From Eledone cirrhosa (Eukaryota), in NCBI GenBank assembly GCA_964016885.1, contig OZ024740.1, forward strand, positions 114,390,001 to 114,454,000: a DNA stretch of 64,000 nt, in the 5' to 3' direction. The stretch's first letter is position 1, and each line of letters opens with the position of its first letter. Positions 24,265-39,829 of the stretch are shown piece after piece. The notes beneath the pieces were generated by a model. It did no database searches. It saw only the letters and a program-made list of their open reading frames with translations, and was not told the origin of the DNA. The position numbers and the translations under genes were made by a program.

Positions 24265-24669
24265 CACATACGTTTTTTATCTAATTTGTTCTTGTTCATT
24301 ACAACATTGAATGTTATCAAATTACAGCGAAATATCATTATACAATTTATGAAGTAAACAATCCTATTGACAATTATTAAAGTGTACGCATGGAAACATA
24401 TTATTGTGAAGCTGTTTTCGAAATAAAATATATAGAGACGCATTAGTACCTTATGCGCTTTTAATAATAGTTTTAAATATTACAAAAATGCAATGAACAA
24501 ATCAAATACGTTGTATCTGCGCCTGTCCATTCACACACATACTCACAATTTCACGTATACACAAACACACCTGTATATATATGTGTGTGCGTGTGTGTGT
24601 GAGTGTGTGCATGTGTATGTGTGGGGTGTAAATACAAACACACACACATGCATATATATATATATATAT

Positions 24670-24864
24670 AAACAAAGAAAGTGTGGGAAGATACCAGGTG
24701 GACCCTATCGCACCAGAGTACTCGATACTTATGGTAGTATGGACGGTAATAGGGAAATAGTCAGGATCCCGACGGTTGAGCTCCAGCCATTTCGACAGCT
24801 AGATCCGAACGGTGAGTTCGGATCTAGCTGTCCACACGGCCGGAGCTCAGCCGTCGGGGTCCTG

Positions 24865-24865
<1 letters not shown>
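24670..24865 (-). repeat. Hairpin element family H (subfamily with GATCTAGCTGTC arms)
   Basis: CAGGATCCCGACGG...AGATCCGAAC GGTGA GTTCGGATCT...CCGTCGGGGTCCTG plus the shared tail. Confidence 0.85.
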
Positions 24866-24949
<84 letters not shown>

Positions 24950-25438
24950 AGAGAGAAGAGACAGAAACAGAGAGAGTTAGAGCGGATCCTGCATGATATG
25001 GCCTAAGAATTTCTCTTCGAGATCATCATGCCCCTCCATTCCCTATCATCTGATGACATTTTCGATCTAAACCTTATGAGTAAAATTGCGGTGATGCAAA
25101 CTGCATAGAATCTGGTCTTATGGTTCTAGGGTGTATTTCAATTACACACCCTAGTCACACGGTATGACGTCGGCTCTACATGAGAGTTACACGAGGAAGG
25201 CAAATCTCCGTGAAATAATTTAAACGTTAATCAATGAATAGTTTACTCATGAAATATCTCGGTGGTTATACAATATTTACGAAGAGCACCCACAGATTCT
25301 TTAGAGGAGACGGATGCCGTTTTACACTTTGGTGCTCTTCGGGGAGGAGTTTGGTAATCTGTTTGTAAAATATCTATTTATACGTAATGTTAGTTTGAAT
25401 TCTTAAATATGTACACAATAATTTCCTTATTATTACAA

Positions 25439-25548
25439 CCCCGCCAGGGTTAACTTTGCCTTTCATCCTTACGGGATCGATAAAATAAAGTACCAGTAAT
25501 ACACTGGTAATTGCTGGCCTTGTGCCAAAAGTAGAAACACTTATTATT
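25439..25548 (+). mobile_element. SINE S1, 5'-truncated
   Basis: Core and 3' end GGCCTTGTGCCAAAAGTAGAAACACTTATTATTA. Confidence 0.8.
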
Positions 25549-25549
25549 A

Positions 25550-25830
25550 CAACGTCGCTCTCAACGACATATTGAGAAGAAGCCTTGACGCAGCTGGCTT
25601 TCCATCTCAACTGGAGCCAGCTGGCCTAGACTGCGGAGATGGCAAGCGTCCCTAGAGAATCCCCCTCTTCCCATTCGAAGAAGATAGATCCCTCATCTGG
25701 AACGCCACCTGCTGCGACATGTTCTCCGCCTCCAACATAGTCGCTTCGGCAACAAACCCCGGCATCACAGCTCACCTCGCAGAAGAACGTAAAATAAACA
25801 AATACCGAGGTTTGTCCGGCCGCGATTTGC
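25550..25830 (+). mobile_element. CRE-clade retrotransposon RLE-domain fragment (frameshifted)
   Basis: ALNDILRRSLDAAGFPSQLEPAGLDCGDGKRP / LFPFEEDRSLIWNATCCDMFSASN...AEERKINKYRGL, matching the EP.GL...GKRPD...WD.T...AE..K..KY RLE pattern. Confidence 0.7.
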
Positions 25831-27696
25831 CAACTGGGTTTGTAAACGAGAAGCTTTGATTCGCCACCTTTTCTAGACCCTTGACCATGAGGCGCAAGCT
25901 GTAATGCTTCTAGAATAAGCTGCTCCAAGGTGTGCCGAACGATGATTTCGTCCCGGGTTCAACCTCGGACGACCAAACCCCTGAACGTCCTACAGGTGAA
26001 TTGGGACTATGGCTTTCAGTATTCTATTACAGCTGCCATTTTCGCCCCTTTCTTATTTTCCAGAGATTTCGGGGCAGTTACCAAGGCTCAATGCTAGAAA
26101 ACATGGTGGTAGATTCAGAGTCTTGGCATGACTTTCTTTCCAGTAAGACTATTAAACCTATTAATGGGACCCTGACAGTTACTACTCCGCATCCCAAAGC
26201 GAACCTGGGAGTAATGGTTTCTAGTGAGTAACGCCATACTCCTCAGAACCCCTGAGCACTCAAACTAGAGACTCGCCACTATAAATTATATAGATAGAAC
26301 CATCTCCTTCTCTTTGTTAGACGAAAACGATTAGATGGATCTATAGTATCGACAATAATAATATGGAGGGTATAACTACTATCGATAAGTCACTAAATCG
26401 TAAAACAATGAAGCCCTAAACTTTGCCTTTCGATCTCTTTGTTCAACATCTGATTAATTAGATTCTTGACAAAAACGCTTCAAATGGAATCATTCCGTTT
26501 TGAAATAACAAAATATTACATTGTCCAACATGTTCGAGGACAGTATGGTGTTATTTGAACAAGAATAGACTATTATTTCTAACTGGTTGTTCGACCACGC
26601 GGTGGTTCCCTCGTGGACTTTAGTTTTGATTTAAATTAATATTGCGTATATAAACATATAGGAACAATGCTTTTGGTCTTTGTTATATGTAGGTAATTGG
26701 TCATGGATGGAGTTGAAAACCCATAAGTAAAGAATCATCGTACATTAGAATGATAATCAAGACTAAGGTACTACATATTCAGATTCCGTTGAGTCCAGAC
26801 CTCGCATATTTTTGTGAGATAGTGTTAAGCAGCAGAGAACGTTTATGAACCATCACCCAACCACACGCCAGTTGTCACACACATTTACTATCTAGAAGTT
26901 TAAATTATGAAACCAATTTTATGACAAGCATATATGCATCTTCGTATACAGAATTCATTAACTTATTTGTTTTATGATGTTCTACGTAATTTTTGCTGCA
27001 AGCGTTCCTGGATATAATACAGGACTAAGAATATTACATGATTTAGAGTTTAATATCTTCAATTTGAAATATTATTATATAAAGCAATGTCAACATCAAA
27101 ATATCCTCCACCTACAAATAAAATTAATGTGATATATTCCTATAAATTAGATTTTGCGATATCATGTAATAAATGGAATGTCTTAATATCTCTCATTCTG
27201 ATATTGATGGCTTCTACTGGTATAATGCCAAATTTGTAGTATATTACAAATAAGCATTCTATCTATAACGATGAACACAATTCGGAGTCGGCAAGAGTGT
27301 GAAATTGTCGGAGAAATAGAATGTTCTAATTTTGATTACGTGAAGTACCCTAGCCATATGTTTTTCCACAACACCAAATATTTTATAATATTTCCAATTT
27401 GACTAGACAAATTTGCAAAGAATTCCGCGTAGATTGAGTTCCACACTTTCCTATCATATATCAATGAGCTAATGAAGCAGTCACAACGTTGTCTTTCAAT
27501 CTGCTAGAAATAACAGACATATATTCGACAAATTTCAATGAAATGTCTTTAAAGAAGACATCCACAAATTGAATGTACAAGAATGTAGTTCGACATGAAT
27601 TATGTTGCAGGAATCCCATTGTAACATACACACTGAGACTGCCGAGGTATAGAGGCCAGATCTACAAAGCCAAATATCATCTTAATCTGCTATATA

Positions 27697-27880
27697 GCAG
27701 GTGGATTGGCAGTATCAGTAGAGAGTCGGACGCCATGCTTTGACGGATTGAGTTACGGCCCTTGCCATTCTCAGTTCAAATCCCGCCGAGGTTAACTTTG
27801 CCTTTCATGCTTACGGGGTAGATAAAATAAAGTACGAGTAATGTATTGGGGTAATAGCTGTGCCAAAAGTAGAAACAATC
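27697..27880 (+). mobile_element. SINE S1, full length with apparent TSD
   Basis: Matches the other S1 copies. AATCTGCTATATAGCA occurs on both sides (27684-27699 and 27877-27892). Confidence 0.85.
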
Positions 27881-28804
27881 TGCTATATAGCATTGCAGAA
27901 ATCCAAATATCAGCTGTATTATCATACATGTTCATTTCACCAGTGACCCCCTAGAAAACCAACAACAGCATCCAAAGACATTTAGAAAAGTAAATATTTA
28001 AGAATAAGTACTAACACCTGGTTTATAAGAAATAAAGCAACAGCGTGCAGAAAGTAATTCAAGGTCTCAGAGGTCTGCTTTACAAAAAGTTGTTACTCAT
28101 TTTGTCATCCCCATCTCCAATCCTACACAAAAGACCCAATCTTATTTCAAACTCACCTCTGTATACCAATGTTTCTGCATCCAACTAAAAATCAGATTCA
28201 TCAGCGGATACACGACGAAGTGAAAATATGTCAGTAACATCAAAGCCACCCACGTGCAATCATGACACAAGCCCCACTACTAATGACAAGAGGGGTACTA
28301 AAGAACAGACAATAGGTATTTGTTAAAAGGAATTGGCATCAACCAAGGACGTGCTTATTTCTCGCGGAGAACAATCTGTTCAGGCTATAGAATTGCTTTT
28401 ACCAATCTGAACGCCTTCAAATGTGAGGTCAGTCTTGAAAATGGTAGAATAGTCACATAATCTTTAATTGCTTTTCCTATTTATCATATTAAGGATGCGA
28501 GATTCTACAATCATATATATATTGTTTAAAAGAATTAATAAATTATGCCACTATATCACTTGATAACTTATTTGTATTTTCTTTTATGTGTTTTTATTAC
28601 ATTTCTATGTAATTTCCAATATCATATTTATTTATTCCTTTATCTTTTTTATTGGTAGATATTATATAGATGTCATATAATAAATTACACGTGTAAGCTA
28701 CTCTGTAGAGGGAACCATTGGAAGACTAGAGATCCCAACGCACAAATATATATGTGTGGGGCATATATATCAGGATAGATTCGGTTTGAAATTGATTAGA
28801 TAAT

Positions 28805-28915
28805 TACTCACCAGAGTATTCGATACTTGGGGGTAGGAGAGTACAGATATATTATAAAGAATCCTCGGGACCCCAGGACTTAGCTCTTGCCGGTTCAATA
28901 GCTACTTCCAGAATA
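28805..28915 (-). repeat. Hairpin element family H, old degenerate copy
   Basis: CACCAGAGTATTCGATACTTGGGGGTAG...GGGACCCC...AGCTCTTGCCGGTTCAATAGCTA. Confidence 0.5.
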
Positions 28916-29197
28916 ATTTCTGAATGTATAGGTGTTTAACTGGCTTTTTCATCGAGGAATTGTTGTCCAAATAAGGACATACATTGTTTATACAATTGTA
29001 ACTTATTTTCTCTCGCGAAAGTGGTTGTTTGTTGTTGTTGTTGTTGAGGGCGTGGTTATATGTTATTGTGTATATCGATATCTGGCTTAGTGAGTGTTTA
29101 TATGTGTGTGCGTCTATACGTGTGTTTATATGTATCTGCCTCATCAGATTTAGATAGAAAAATCGTGGAGATGGGGCCAGAAATATATTTATCGAGA

Positions 29198-29283
<86 letters not shown>

Positions 29284-29728
29284 CCAGGCATGCTTATCGC
29301 GACCTTCAGACAAAAGTACCTTAATATAATATTAACCGATAAATCTCTAATAATTACTCTGATGCAGCAATTTATTTTTCATTTAAGATTATCAGTAAGA
29401 TCCTTTCAAAATGCATAAACGTCACAATTTCCTCTCACATATCGGGTGATGTAATAAATACTACGATGCAAAAGGTGCTAACATATGAGGCTATGGACTA
29501 TTTCACCTGCGTGGAGAAATATAGTTTATATTCACACAAACATGCACCCACGCTGACTCTCCCTCTCCCCTTTCTACCCTCTCTCTCTCACACACACACA
29601 TAAAGGCACATACATTCCCGCAAACACGCAGATACGGAAGCACATATACAATTTCATTAATTTATATATATATGATTGTTCTTGTACACACGCATATATA
29701 TATATATATATGTACACACATATATATG

Positions 29729-29824
<96 letters not shown>

Positions 29825-31738
29825 TATAGTGTGTGTGTTTGTATGTGTATGTATTTATATACGTATATCTGTGCTTGTGTTTGTAGTTGAGTATGTAGGT
29901 TTAGAGATATATGTAGTGAATTGTATAACTAGAAGTGCTCAAGTAAGAAGCTTTGTAGGAAATATCTGCCCTACTTTAAGTTGGAGCTAACATTTTGTTT
30001 AATGCAATTAATCATGACATATAAATGCACTGCTTTTTTTTGTCGTCTCTTCTTAAACATTATCTCTATAAAAAACAAACTTATCTTTTTCTCAACATAG
30101 GATTTAATCGACATTTGTACGATACCCGTCTTTTGTCTCTAGTTACCTTTACTATTTGTATATTTCCATTTAATTTTCTAATTTAATTAAATTAGTTACT
30201 TAATTTTATTCATGTATTCTATGATTACTTATATACGCTGACAAGTACAGTTTTAAATGTCGCCATTTCTTTCATTTTTATCACAGAAATGTGAATTATG
30301 TTTAACTCATCAAGTTTTATTTCTGATGACGTTAGCAAGAATACATAGTAATAATACCAAACGCTTTCATTTAATGTGTATCATAGCATGCTAGTATAAA
30401 ATGCAGCTCTTTCCAAAAGATAAGCGAAGTTGCAATAATTTATTTTCGAAATCAAGAGCTTTCTAGATAACTACAATTTCAAAGCTAACCTTTAAAACTT
30501 TGCTAAGATTGAATCAGTACGTGTTCAGACAAGCACAAAATACACTCACAATTATGTTAGCATCAAGGTGGTTATTCACTTGCTAGAAATAACAATTAAA
30601 TCTTAGAAAACTAACAGGAGGCATTGGATAATGTACACCTGGCTCAAATTGTATGGACCCAAGACGAAATGGTTACGTCTGTAATGTCTAGATGCGACAC
30701 GGGTTCGATTAGTGTTAATCGATGCGCGGCAAACAGAAGCGACACAACGACGACGTGGTAACTAAATCGTAGAATGGGAGTTGTCAGTTTAATCATTATT
30801 TCATCTATTATCTGCCTACTGCAAGGCGAATGCCTTGACACGCCGGAGCTATTTATTTCAGGCTTGAGCCGCTCTCAAATGTCTAAATCCATAGCCATAT
30901 TGATCACATCTGACCTCTAAGTTGCTGCCTCACCCGAATATGTGAAGTACCCCAAACGGCTACTATGCTGTACATAACTGTGTGTGTCTTGACATTTATT
31001 CGTTCCACATGTCTTACCTACTTTAATATTAAATAATTAATATGACTAATGGCACTTTGTACTTTTTGGGGTCTTTCTTATCCATTATAATTTTTTTCTG
31101 GCCAATTTGGTGATCATAAATGATTGTCATATTAATACAAGCTCGTATCTTTACTATACGAAGCTGGATATTGGTTGGCTGTTAATTTAACATTTTCACA
31201 CGATTTTATCCGTCAGTCTCTTGCACACGGTCTTTCAATTAATCTGTATCTTATATGATTGGCAAGATCTAGTCCATTTTATGTTGCCTCCCATTACATC
31301 AATGAGATCCGTGAAATATTATCTTATATTTTTTCTATTTAATATCTTTATTGCATATATTGTCTATCGAAAGAACAGTACGTAACATTGTGGACACTTC
31401 CATTTATCCATCTCCCATCCTATATGTCTTTCATATCGACCTTTGTCTTTCCCTTGGACAACAGCTACCGGATCCTTGATAGAGCAACAACAGAAGTAAG
31501 CTTTATTTCAACTTTATGTTTTTATCTGTTTTTCTTTTCACCTTCTGGCTGTCGGATGAGGTCATAACGGTTATCGACGAAATATATATAACAGCTATTA
31601 TGATTAAACGAGTTAATTTTAACATGTTGACTTGTACTTCATGTTTATAAATATAGTTAAGATACCCACCTGCGTACTTCGTCAAGTGTTCTACCCTGCA
31701 TAGTGAAGTGTCGGTGATTAACTAACACATAATCTAAT

Positions 31739-32065
<327 letters not shown>

Positions 32066-32250
32066 AGTAATTGTAGAATATCTGCCGCGAGCTCGTCTAG
32101 TTACCGATCGGTTCTCTACTTCTACTGATATACCTACTCTGCATCATACCATGTATCGAGTAATTCTGAGATTTGTGGTCTTCTCGGTCCCAGTACCAAA
32201 GACTAAATATATATATATATATAGAGAGAGAGACACACACATGCATATAT

Positions 32251-32328
<78 letters not shown>

Positions 32329-32808
32329 ACATGCTCACACGCACATACATATATATAACCAAATGTATAAAATTGAAATGGAGTATAACAAGGAAAAATG
32401 TTCTAATTCTTAGATGACCAACGTGGAAGGAATTGAAAAGAAATCGTTTGATTACTTAATAATGCTCTCACGTTATGTATAAATATTGTGCTGGTGGCCG
32501 TAATAACATATAACAAAAGAAAGCGCTATCTTCCATTAGCTATTTCGAGAAACGTTCTTCTATTTCATTCTGTCTTGTATATATGTAAATGTAAAATTTA
32601 CTAGGCGGATGTTTAGTGAATGGACAAAATGGCTTTTAAACCAAAGAAACAGAGCTAGAACAAGTTGTATTGCTACAGGGCTAAAACATCCGGTGAAAAT
32701 CAATATATATATATATGTATATATGTATATATGTATATATATGTATATACATGTATATATGTATGTATGTATGCATGTATATAATGTATTTTTAGACTCA
32801 CACACACA

Positions 32809-32844
<36 letters not shown>

Positions 32845-32852
32845 CACACACA

Positions 32853-32919
<67 letters not shown>

Positions 32920-32954
32920 CTGTGTGTGTATACAGTATACAGAAAGAGATGGAG

Positions 32955-33033
<79 letters not shown>

Positions 33034-33694
33034 GATGGGTAGCTAGATAGATAGATTGATGTGAGCGTGCGTGTGTATGTACATATACATAAAATCACAT
33101 ATACACGATTGATGTATACATATTAATGTATGCTTGTTTGTGTCTATTCTCTGGGTGTAAACACACGCATGAGTTTATACACAGAATAGTTAGATAGCAT
33201 AGGAAGAAAGAGTGACAGTAAAATAGGAAGACGAAGCACGGGCAGGAAGTTAAAATGAAGCATTGTAAAGAATGACGTTGAAAAAAAGTGCAAAAGAACA
33301 AATTAAAAGTTAAATAATGAATGGAATAGATGAATGAAATATTGTATATGGCAAACACTGTAGTAAGGACCATTATATTATGTTGAATGGAGAAAATGTT
33401 GCAGAGAAGAGATCTTTCGCTTTCCAGAAATACATGACTTTCAGAATGTTTTACGCCTTATTCAGAAATAAACGGCACTCTATCTATCTATCTGTCAGTC
33501 TGTTTTGTCCTTAAGTGTGGTAGTCGGTCTGCCTCTCTTCTCCATGTATATCGTGTTATTATTTTTAACATTTTTCCTACTATACATTCCTTTACGCTCT
33601 TTCTACGCTTCCCCTTACATCTCTCAGTCATTACCACCTGATGCTGTTACCCGGAGATTTACCCATCTGCATTGTTGAGGCTTCCAAAACGACC

Positions 33695-33748
<54 letters not shown>

Positions 33749-34203
33749 TTGTGTGTGTGTGTGACAAGAGTGAGAGAGAGTGGGGGTGCATGTGTGTGTC
33801 TGTGTGTGTGTGTGTATTTGTATGTGCGCTTCCGTGTATGCGTCAACTATAGATAAACCAAGTATTTTTGCAATATTATACATATTTCCTTCCTCTTTAA
33901 AATGAACACATACACGCTCACACATACATATGCTCAAACATATTCACAATGCATTTAATATCTCAGTCCACTTGCAATATTCGTTCACTCATGACTGATA
34001 TACAAAGAGGACTCATTTGAAACTTCGATACAAACTTCGATGAATACATGCGTGTGTGCTAGCAACAAAACTAAACAGAACAGACCACCAGACAGACCAG
34101 AGAACGAAGCAAAATGCACGTCATTCCAACAGAAATGTTTATTTATTTTATACTGCATGAGCTGGCATTAAAAAAACGTAGCCCTCTCACACACGGGCGA
34201 AAG

Positions 34204-34560
34204 TATTAGGTTGAACAAAAGTTTCTCACACTTTTTCAATTTATTTTTTACGTCGGCGTTTTTCAACATTAGTAAAATTTTACAAGTCAAAATAATCGCC
34301 ATCATTTGCATTGAACGTATTCCATAGATTAGAAAAGCACATGATTCCATCACTGTAGAAAACCTGAGGTCTTCATTGGCGAACGTCTTTGGTTTCATCG
34401 TATTTCTAATTGATAGAAGGTCATAGTCTGTAGACGCTATGTCTGGCAAATACAGCGGGTGGGACAGAACCACCCAACCTAGCTCCAGTAGCCTCTAAGG
34501 GGTCATACTTAATAATTATGGTGTGGCCTCACCATTACGCTAATCTGTTAAGCGCTTGGC
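34204..34560 (-). mobile_element. Mariner transposase relic with right terminus
   Basis: GWVVLSHPLYLPDIASTDYDLL corresponds to the HPPYSPDLAPSD motif. TATTAGGTTGAACAAAAG at 34204 resembles a mariner TIR plus TA. Confidence 0.65.
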
Positions 34561-34902
34561 AATAGAGGTGAGAGGTTAAGCTGGTGTTCGTTGCGAGCAG
34601 CATGGCGTGGATGACACGGTACCAGTCCAACCAAACGCTCAGACGAGCCTTGTGAGAGAGGAGGCCAGCATTCGATTACCATCGTGGAACACACTCTTTA
34701 TCACACACGATTGCTTGCGTTTGTCATTATTGAAGAGCCAACGCGATTCAATGTAAATAGAGACTAACAGGCTTCCGGATTAAGGTAGATAAATTAATAA
34801 TCTTTACTCCCGTATTGAGAATGCATTCTGACGTTATCAATATGAACGAATATGTACCTACCTACGTACTTCCATACTTCTATGAACATATATATGTAAA
34901 TA

Positions 34903-37900
34903 TGTAAACAGATGGTGGTATTCTCTCAAGAGGGCAGTTAGATTAGACTCGATAGGTTTTAGTAAAGAATTAGTGTTAGATAGAAATAAGACCGAAAAGG
35001 AACTGGTAGATAAAGTAGAAGCACTTAGGAGTGGCAACGTATCAGCGTGCTAGCGACGAGAACGACCTTGGACCAGTTCTTCGACGCAAAGCATGAAGGC
35101 TGCGTTGTCAGAAGCAAAATACGTGCTCTAGGAAACGAGGGAGCCAAAGCTGTTAGCTGGGCCCGAGTGACGGAGGCGAAAAGTGGCAACAAGTCCACGA
35201 TTAGGTCTTTGAAGGGCCAAGGCGGACGTGTGATACGTGAGCCGAAGCAAATGTGCGTGGCCTTTCAGCGGCACTTTGCTCAACTGTTTGGGCAGGGCGG
35301 CGCGCCGGGAAGGGGCTATGGATTTCGGTCTAATACCTCGACGGTTTATCGCAACTCTCGGACAGCGAGGCGAAGTTCTGCGAAAGGCCGATTTCGGCCG
35401 CTGAGATAGGGGACACGCTGAGCCAATGCGGCAAACGCAAACCTCCAGGTCGCGACGGTCTACCCTACGAATTTTACTTAGCAATGCCGGACTTGTTCTC
35501 CGTTCTCCTGGAAGAGGTCTACTGCAACTGGCAGCAGAACGGGAGAATTCACAGTTCTGTGACCAACGGCGTAATCACGTTAGTCAGGAAGGATGAGAAC
35601 AAGGGGGATAATATAGGCAACTTCCGGCCCATAACTCTGCTCAACACAGAGTTACAGATTTTGGCCAAGGTGTTGGCAAAGAGGCTGGCACTTGTCGTCG
35701 AAAATCTGGTGGGAGAAGCGCAGACATGCGCAATCCCGACCAGGTCCATACACGACAACCTCACCTCATGCGATACATCATAGAGAGGGTAGGGTGTAAA
35801 CCCGGCTTCGGTGGGGCCCTGATCAACTTGGATCAGTCTAAGGCTTTCGCTAGGGTTGACCATCGTTACCTGGATGCGGTGCTCGAGGCGGCAGACTTCG
35901 GACCCGTGTTCAGGGGCTGGATTGCTGCAATGCACAGCTGCAATATCTGCTCATGGGTCAAGGTGAACGGCTACCTCTCGGAGCCTTTCCATATCACGCG
36001 TTCCATCCGGCAGGGATGCCCTCTCTCCTGCCTTCTATACGTACTGACTCTCGAGCCACTTCTGCAGAAGTTGGAGCTATTGCAGGGCATCCCTTTGGAA
36101 CCTGGACTGCGAAAAGCGTCGTCGGCCTACGCCGATGACGTGATAGGAATGGTGTCGAGCCCCTAGCAAATCGGGGAGATTGGCACCTTACTGGAGGAAT
36201 ACGAAAGGTTCACAGGAGCGAAGCTGAACCGGGACAAATCCGTCGATTTGCAACACGGAACGTGGAGAGGCAAACCGATGCCTTCCGATGGCGTCGTCGG
36301 ACGCTGGACGGAAGGACCGGTAAAGATGCTAGGGGTCTGGTTTGGTTCGGACCACCAGGTAGAGAAGAACTGGAACGAAGTGACGGCCAAGGTGTTTGCA
36401 CTCACCCAGAAGTGGGCCGAGTGCAAACTATCCTCCGAGCGGAGGTGGCGAACACTTTTATAGCATCCGCCATCTACTACCGCTTGACCGCCGTGCCTTG
36501 TCCAGCCAAAACGCTCACCAAAATGGAGCGCGCACTCTTCCAATTCCTTTGGAAGAAACGGGCTCTTTTGGTGCGAAGATCCATCTGCTGCCAACCCCTT
36601 CAAACGGAGGGGTGGGGTGCCATGGCTGACGATGCGCAAACACGCGCTCAGGCTGCAGCACCTCCACGCATTCCTCCCAAGACAGCCGGTGTGGGCCCCG
36701 TTCGTGAGGCGAGCCTTCCCACGATTTGTCTCGCTGACCGAGCTGCAGTCCTGGGTCAAGCAAAGACCGAAGAAAATGGGCGACTGGCACATCGAATTTG
36801 CTCAGGCGCACACAGTCATCTGGCAAACGGACCCGGCGATCAGTGGAGACTCCACTTCGACATTCTATATAGGGTTGGTCCGCAGCAAGTGCGACGACAT
36901 GCTCGGAGCAACTCTAGGCGTAGAGGAGGACAAACTGGCCAGTCTGTTCGGTAGGACCTTCTGCCCGGGACCAATGGACAACTTCCAAAAGTCCCTGGCC
37001 TAGCAGTGCTACCGAGGAGCTCTACCAGTTCGAGACAAGCTCTACAGACACGGACGCCCGGGTAGGGACCCTTCGAAAAAGATCTGTTCGAGATGCGTGC
37101 GCGACAAGGAAACCGTCGAGCACGTATTTATACACTGCCCGGGCATTACCGGCCTGTGGGGCTATCTAGAACGACTATTGTCGCGGGCGGGACCAATCCA
37201 GTTGACCACCGAGTTCATTGTCATGATCAAACCACCACCCTCCTTCAAAAACGATGGGGAGACGGTTTTCCTATGTGTTATGGCTATGGTGAAAGAGGTT
37301 ATATGGTGGACGAAGTTAAAAGGGTTGAGGTCAGACACCTTTCTCTCCGGTGAGCAACTGATTCGTTTTTTCAAATATCATTTTGGAAGAAGAATCTGGA
37401 TGGAGAGAGAGGTGCTGTACCCCAGCAAATTTTATAAAAGGTTGGTGAATGTGGCAAACTGGGACAAATCCGTCGGTTTGCAACTCGGAACGTGGAGAGG
37501 CAAACCGGTGCCTTCCGATGGCCTCATCGGGCGCCGGACGGAAGGACCGGTAAAGCTGGTCGGGGTCTGGTTTGGTCCGGACCTCCATGTGGTGAAGAAC
37601 TGGAACGAGCTGACGGCCAAGACGTTTGCGCTCACCCAGAAGTGGGCCGAGTACAAACTATCCTTGAAAGGTCGAGCGGAGGTGGCGAACACTTTTATAG
37701 CGTCGGACATCTACTACCGCTTGACTGTCGTGCATTGTCCAGCCAAAACCCTCCCCACAATAGAACGCGCACTCTTCCAATTTCTTTGGAACAAACGGGC
37801 TCCTTTGGTGAGAAGATCCATCTGCTGCCAACACCCTTCAAACGGAGGGCTGGGGTGTCGCGGCTTTGGATGCGCAAACACGCGCTCAGGCTGCGGCACC

Positions 37901-38975
37901 TCCACGTATTCCTCACCGGACAACCGGTGTGGGCCCCGTTTGTGAGGCGAGGCTTCCCACCACTCGTCTTCCTGACCGAGCTGCGTTCCTGGGTCAAGCA
38001 AAGACCGAGGAAAATGAGCGACTGGCACATCGAATGTGCTCAAGCGCTCACAGTACTCTGGCAAAACGGACCCGGCGATCAGTGGAGACTCCACTTCGTC
38101 ATTCTATAGAGGGTTGGTGCGCAGCAAGTGCGACGGCGTGATCGGAGAAACTCTAGGCATAGAGGAGGACGAACTGGCCAGTCTGTTCGGTAGGACCTTT
38201 CGCCCGGTACCGATGGACAACTTCCAAAAGTCTCTGGCCTGGCAGTGCTACCGAGGAGCTCTACCAGTTCGAGACAAGCTCTACAGTCACGGGCTCTACA
38301 GACACGCGACCCTTCGAAAAAGATCTGTCCGAGATGCGTGCGCGACGAGGAAACCGTCGCGCACGCATTTGTACACTGCCCGGGCGTTACCGACCTGTGG
38401 GCCTATGTAGAACGACTATTGTCGCAGGTGGGACTAATCCAGTTGACCACCGGGTCCATTGTCATGATCAAACCACCACGCTCCTTCAAAAACGAGGGGG
38501 TGGCGGGTTTCCTATGTGTTATGGCTATGGTGAAAGAGGTTATATGGTGGACGAGGTTAAAAGGGCTGATGTCAGACACCTTTCTCTCCAGCGAACAACT
38601 GATTCGTTTTTTCAAATATTATTTTGTAAGAAGAATCAGTATGGAGAGAGAGGTGCTGTACCCCAGCAAATGTTATGAAAGGTGGGTGAATGCGTCAAAG
38701 ATGGCCCGAGTGGTTGGGCCTTCTCTCTATATAAGCCTGTAGGTTGAGGAAAAAGAGGAAGAGAGGAAGGGAATACTCATTCTTGGTGCTCCTGGAGATG
38801 AAGGTTGTACATGTTTTCGTGATGTGTACAACCCCTGTGTAATGCCTCCTCCCTATTGGAGATTTCAATTGTTATTTGTTATTTTATTAATAGTTTTATT
38901 TTCATATACCTGTATGCAAACTCCCCATTTGTATTTGTCCCCTTATTTTGTGCTCTTGTGGCTAATTAAGAAATG
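34903..38975 (+). mobile_element. 5'-truncated, frameshifted Tx1-like LINE E (ORF2 only) with ~1230-bp internal tandem duplication
   Basis: Fragmented ORFs homologous to ORF2 of A from RWW onward. 36231-37456 is repeated from 37461. The 3' UTR ends in an (ATCT)n tract. Confidence 0.9.
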
Positions 38976-39829
38976 TATCTATCAATCTATCTATCTATCT
39001 ATCTATATCTATATATATATATATCTAACTATCTATCTATTTTATAATGAAGAAACATATCTATCTATCAATGTGTCTGTTTGTCTCCGCACATGCCTGT
39101 GTGTCTTTTTCTCTGTCTTTCTGCGTATGTATGCTCGCATCTGTCTGTCTGTCTCTCTAGAGATGTGTCGAACCTTGTTTAATTAAATAATTTTTCTAAT
39201 TATATACGTTTACGTGTTTAGCCAAGGCTATATGCGTGTATATGTATTGAATTTTTAAGTCAAACATAATGTATGTTGCAAAACAAAACATTTTCTTTCA
39301 TGATAAATATATTAATTAATGTATTTGTTAATAAGAAATAAATTTTCAAACACATTGCGTTTACATTTGTTTGTATTTAATATTTACAGTCTTTACAAAA
39401 TCACAGCTCATTAATAACATAATTAGATTTATATTCCGCGAAAATACACGTTTGTAATTATTTTAGCAATTCCGACGAGAATTGCTGTCCACTCAAATAT
39501 AATTAGTTAGAAAGAATAAATTTAGAAAACAACTTAGATAGGTTTCTCAAGCATCAAATATTAAAATACATTTCTGATGATCACATCTAGCGGATGTGTG
39601 GGAGAGGAAAAGGAATGATGGCGGAGAAAGACAGATAGATTACAGGATACCCAGTATGTGTTTGGAAACATGCGTCTAAATATATCAAAAGAGATTCTAG
39701 TTGTCATATTCAGAGATCAAAAGTCTGATGTAAAGTCTGATTTAAATGAAAAGATAACTATGAATAAATACCACATTCGGTTACGAATGATCATGTTCCC
39801 TTCGAGGCAAACGTCTGAGCTCTGTTGTT

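Noticed and set aside
26300-31700. Possible host exons in the less repetitive AT-rich stretch
   Set aside because: No ORF with recognisable motifs. Small exons cannot be excluded without transcript data.
32090-32160. Palindrome ACCGATCGGT resembling an HHR stem III on the minus strand
   Set aside because: The core reads GAGAAC and TATGATGC, too degenerate to call.
39569-39620. CTGATGA-T-CACATC TAGCG GATGTG-T, a hammerhead 5' half with U-U stem II
   Set aside because: No GAAA, stem III or cleavage triplet follows. It is either truncated or a chance match.
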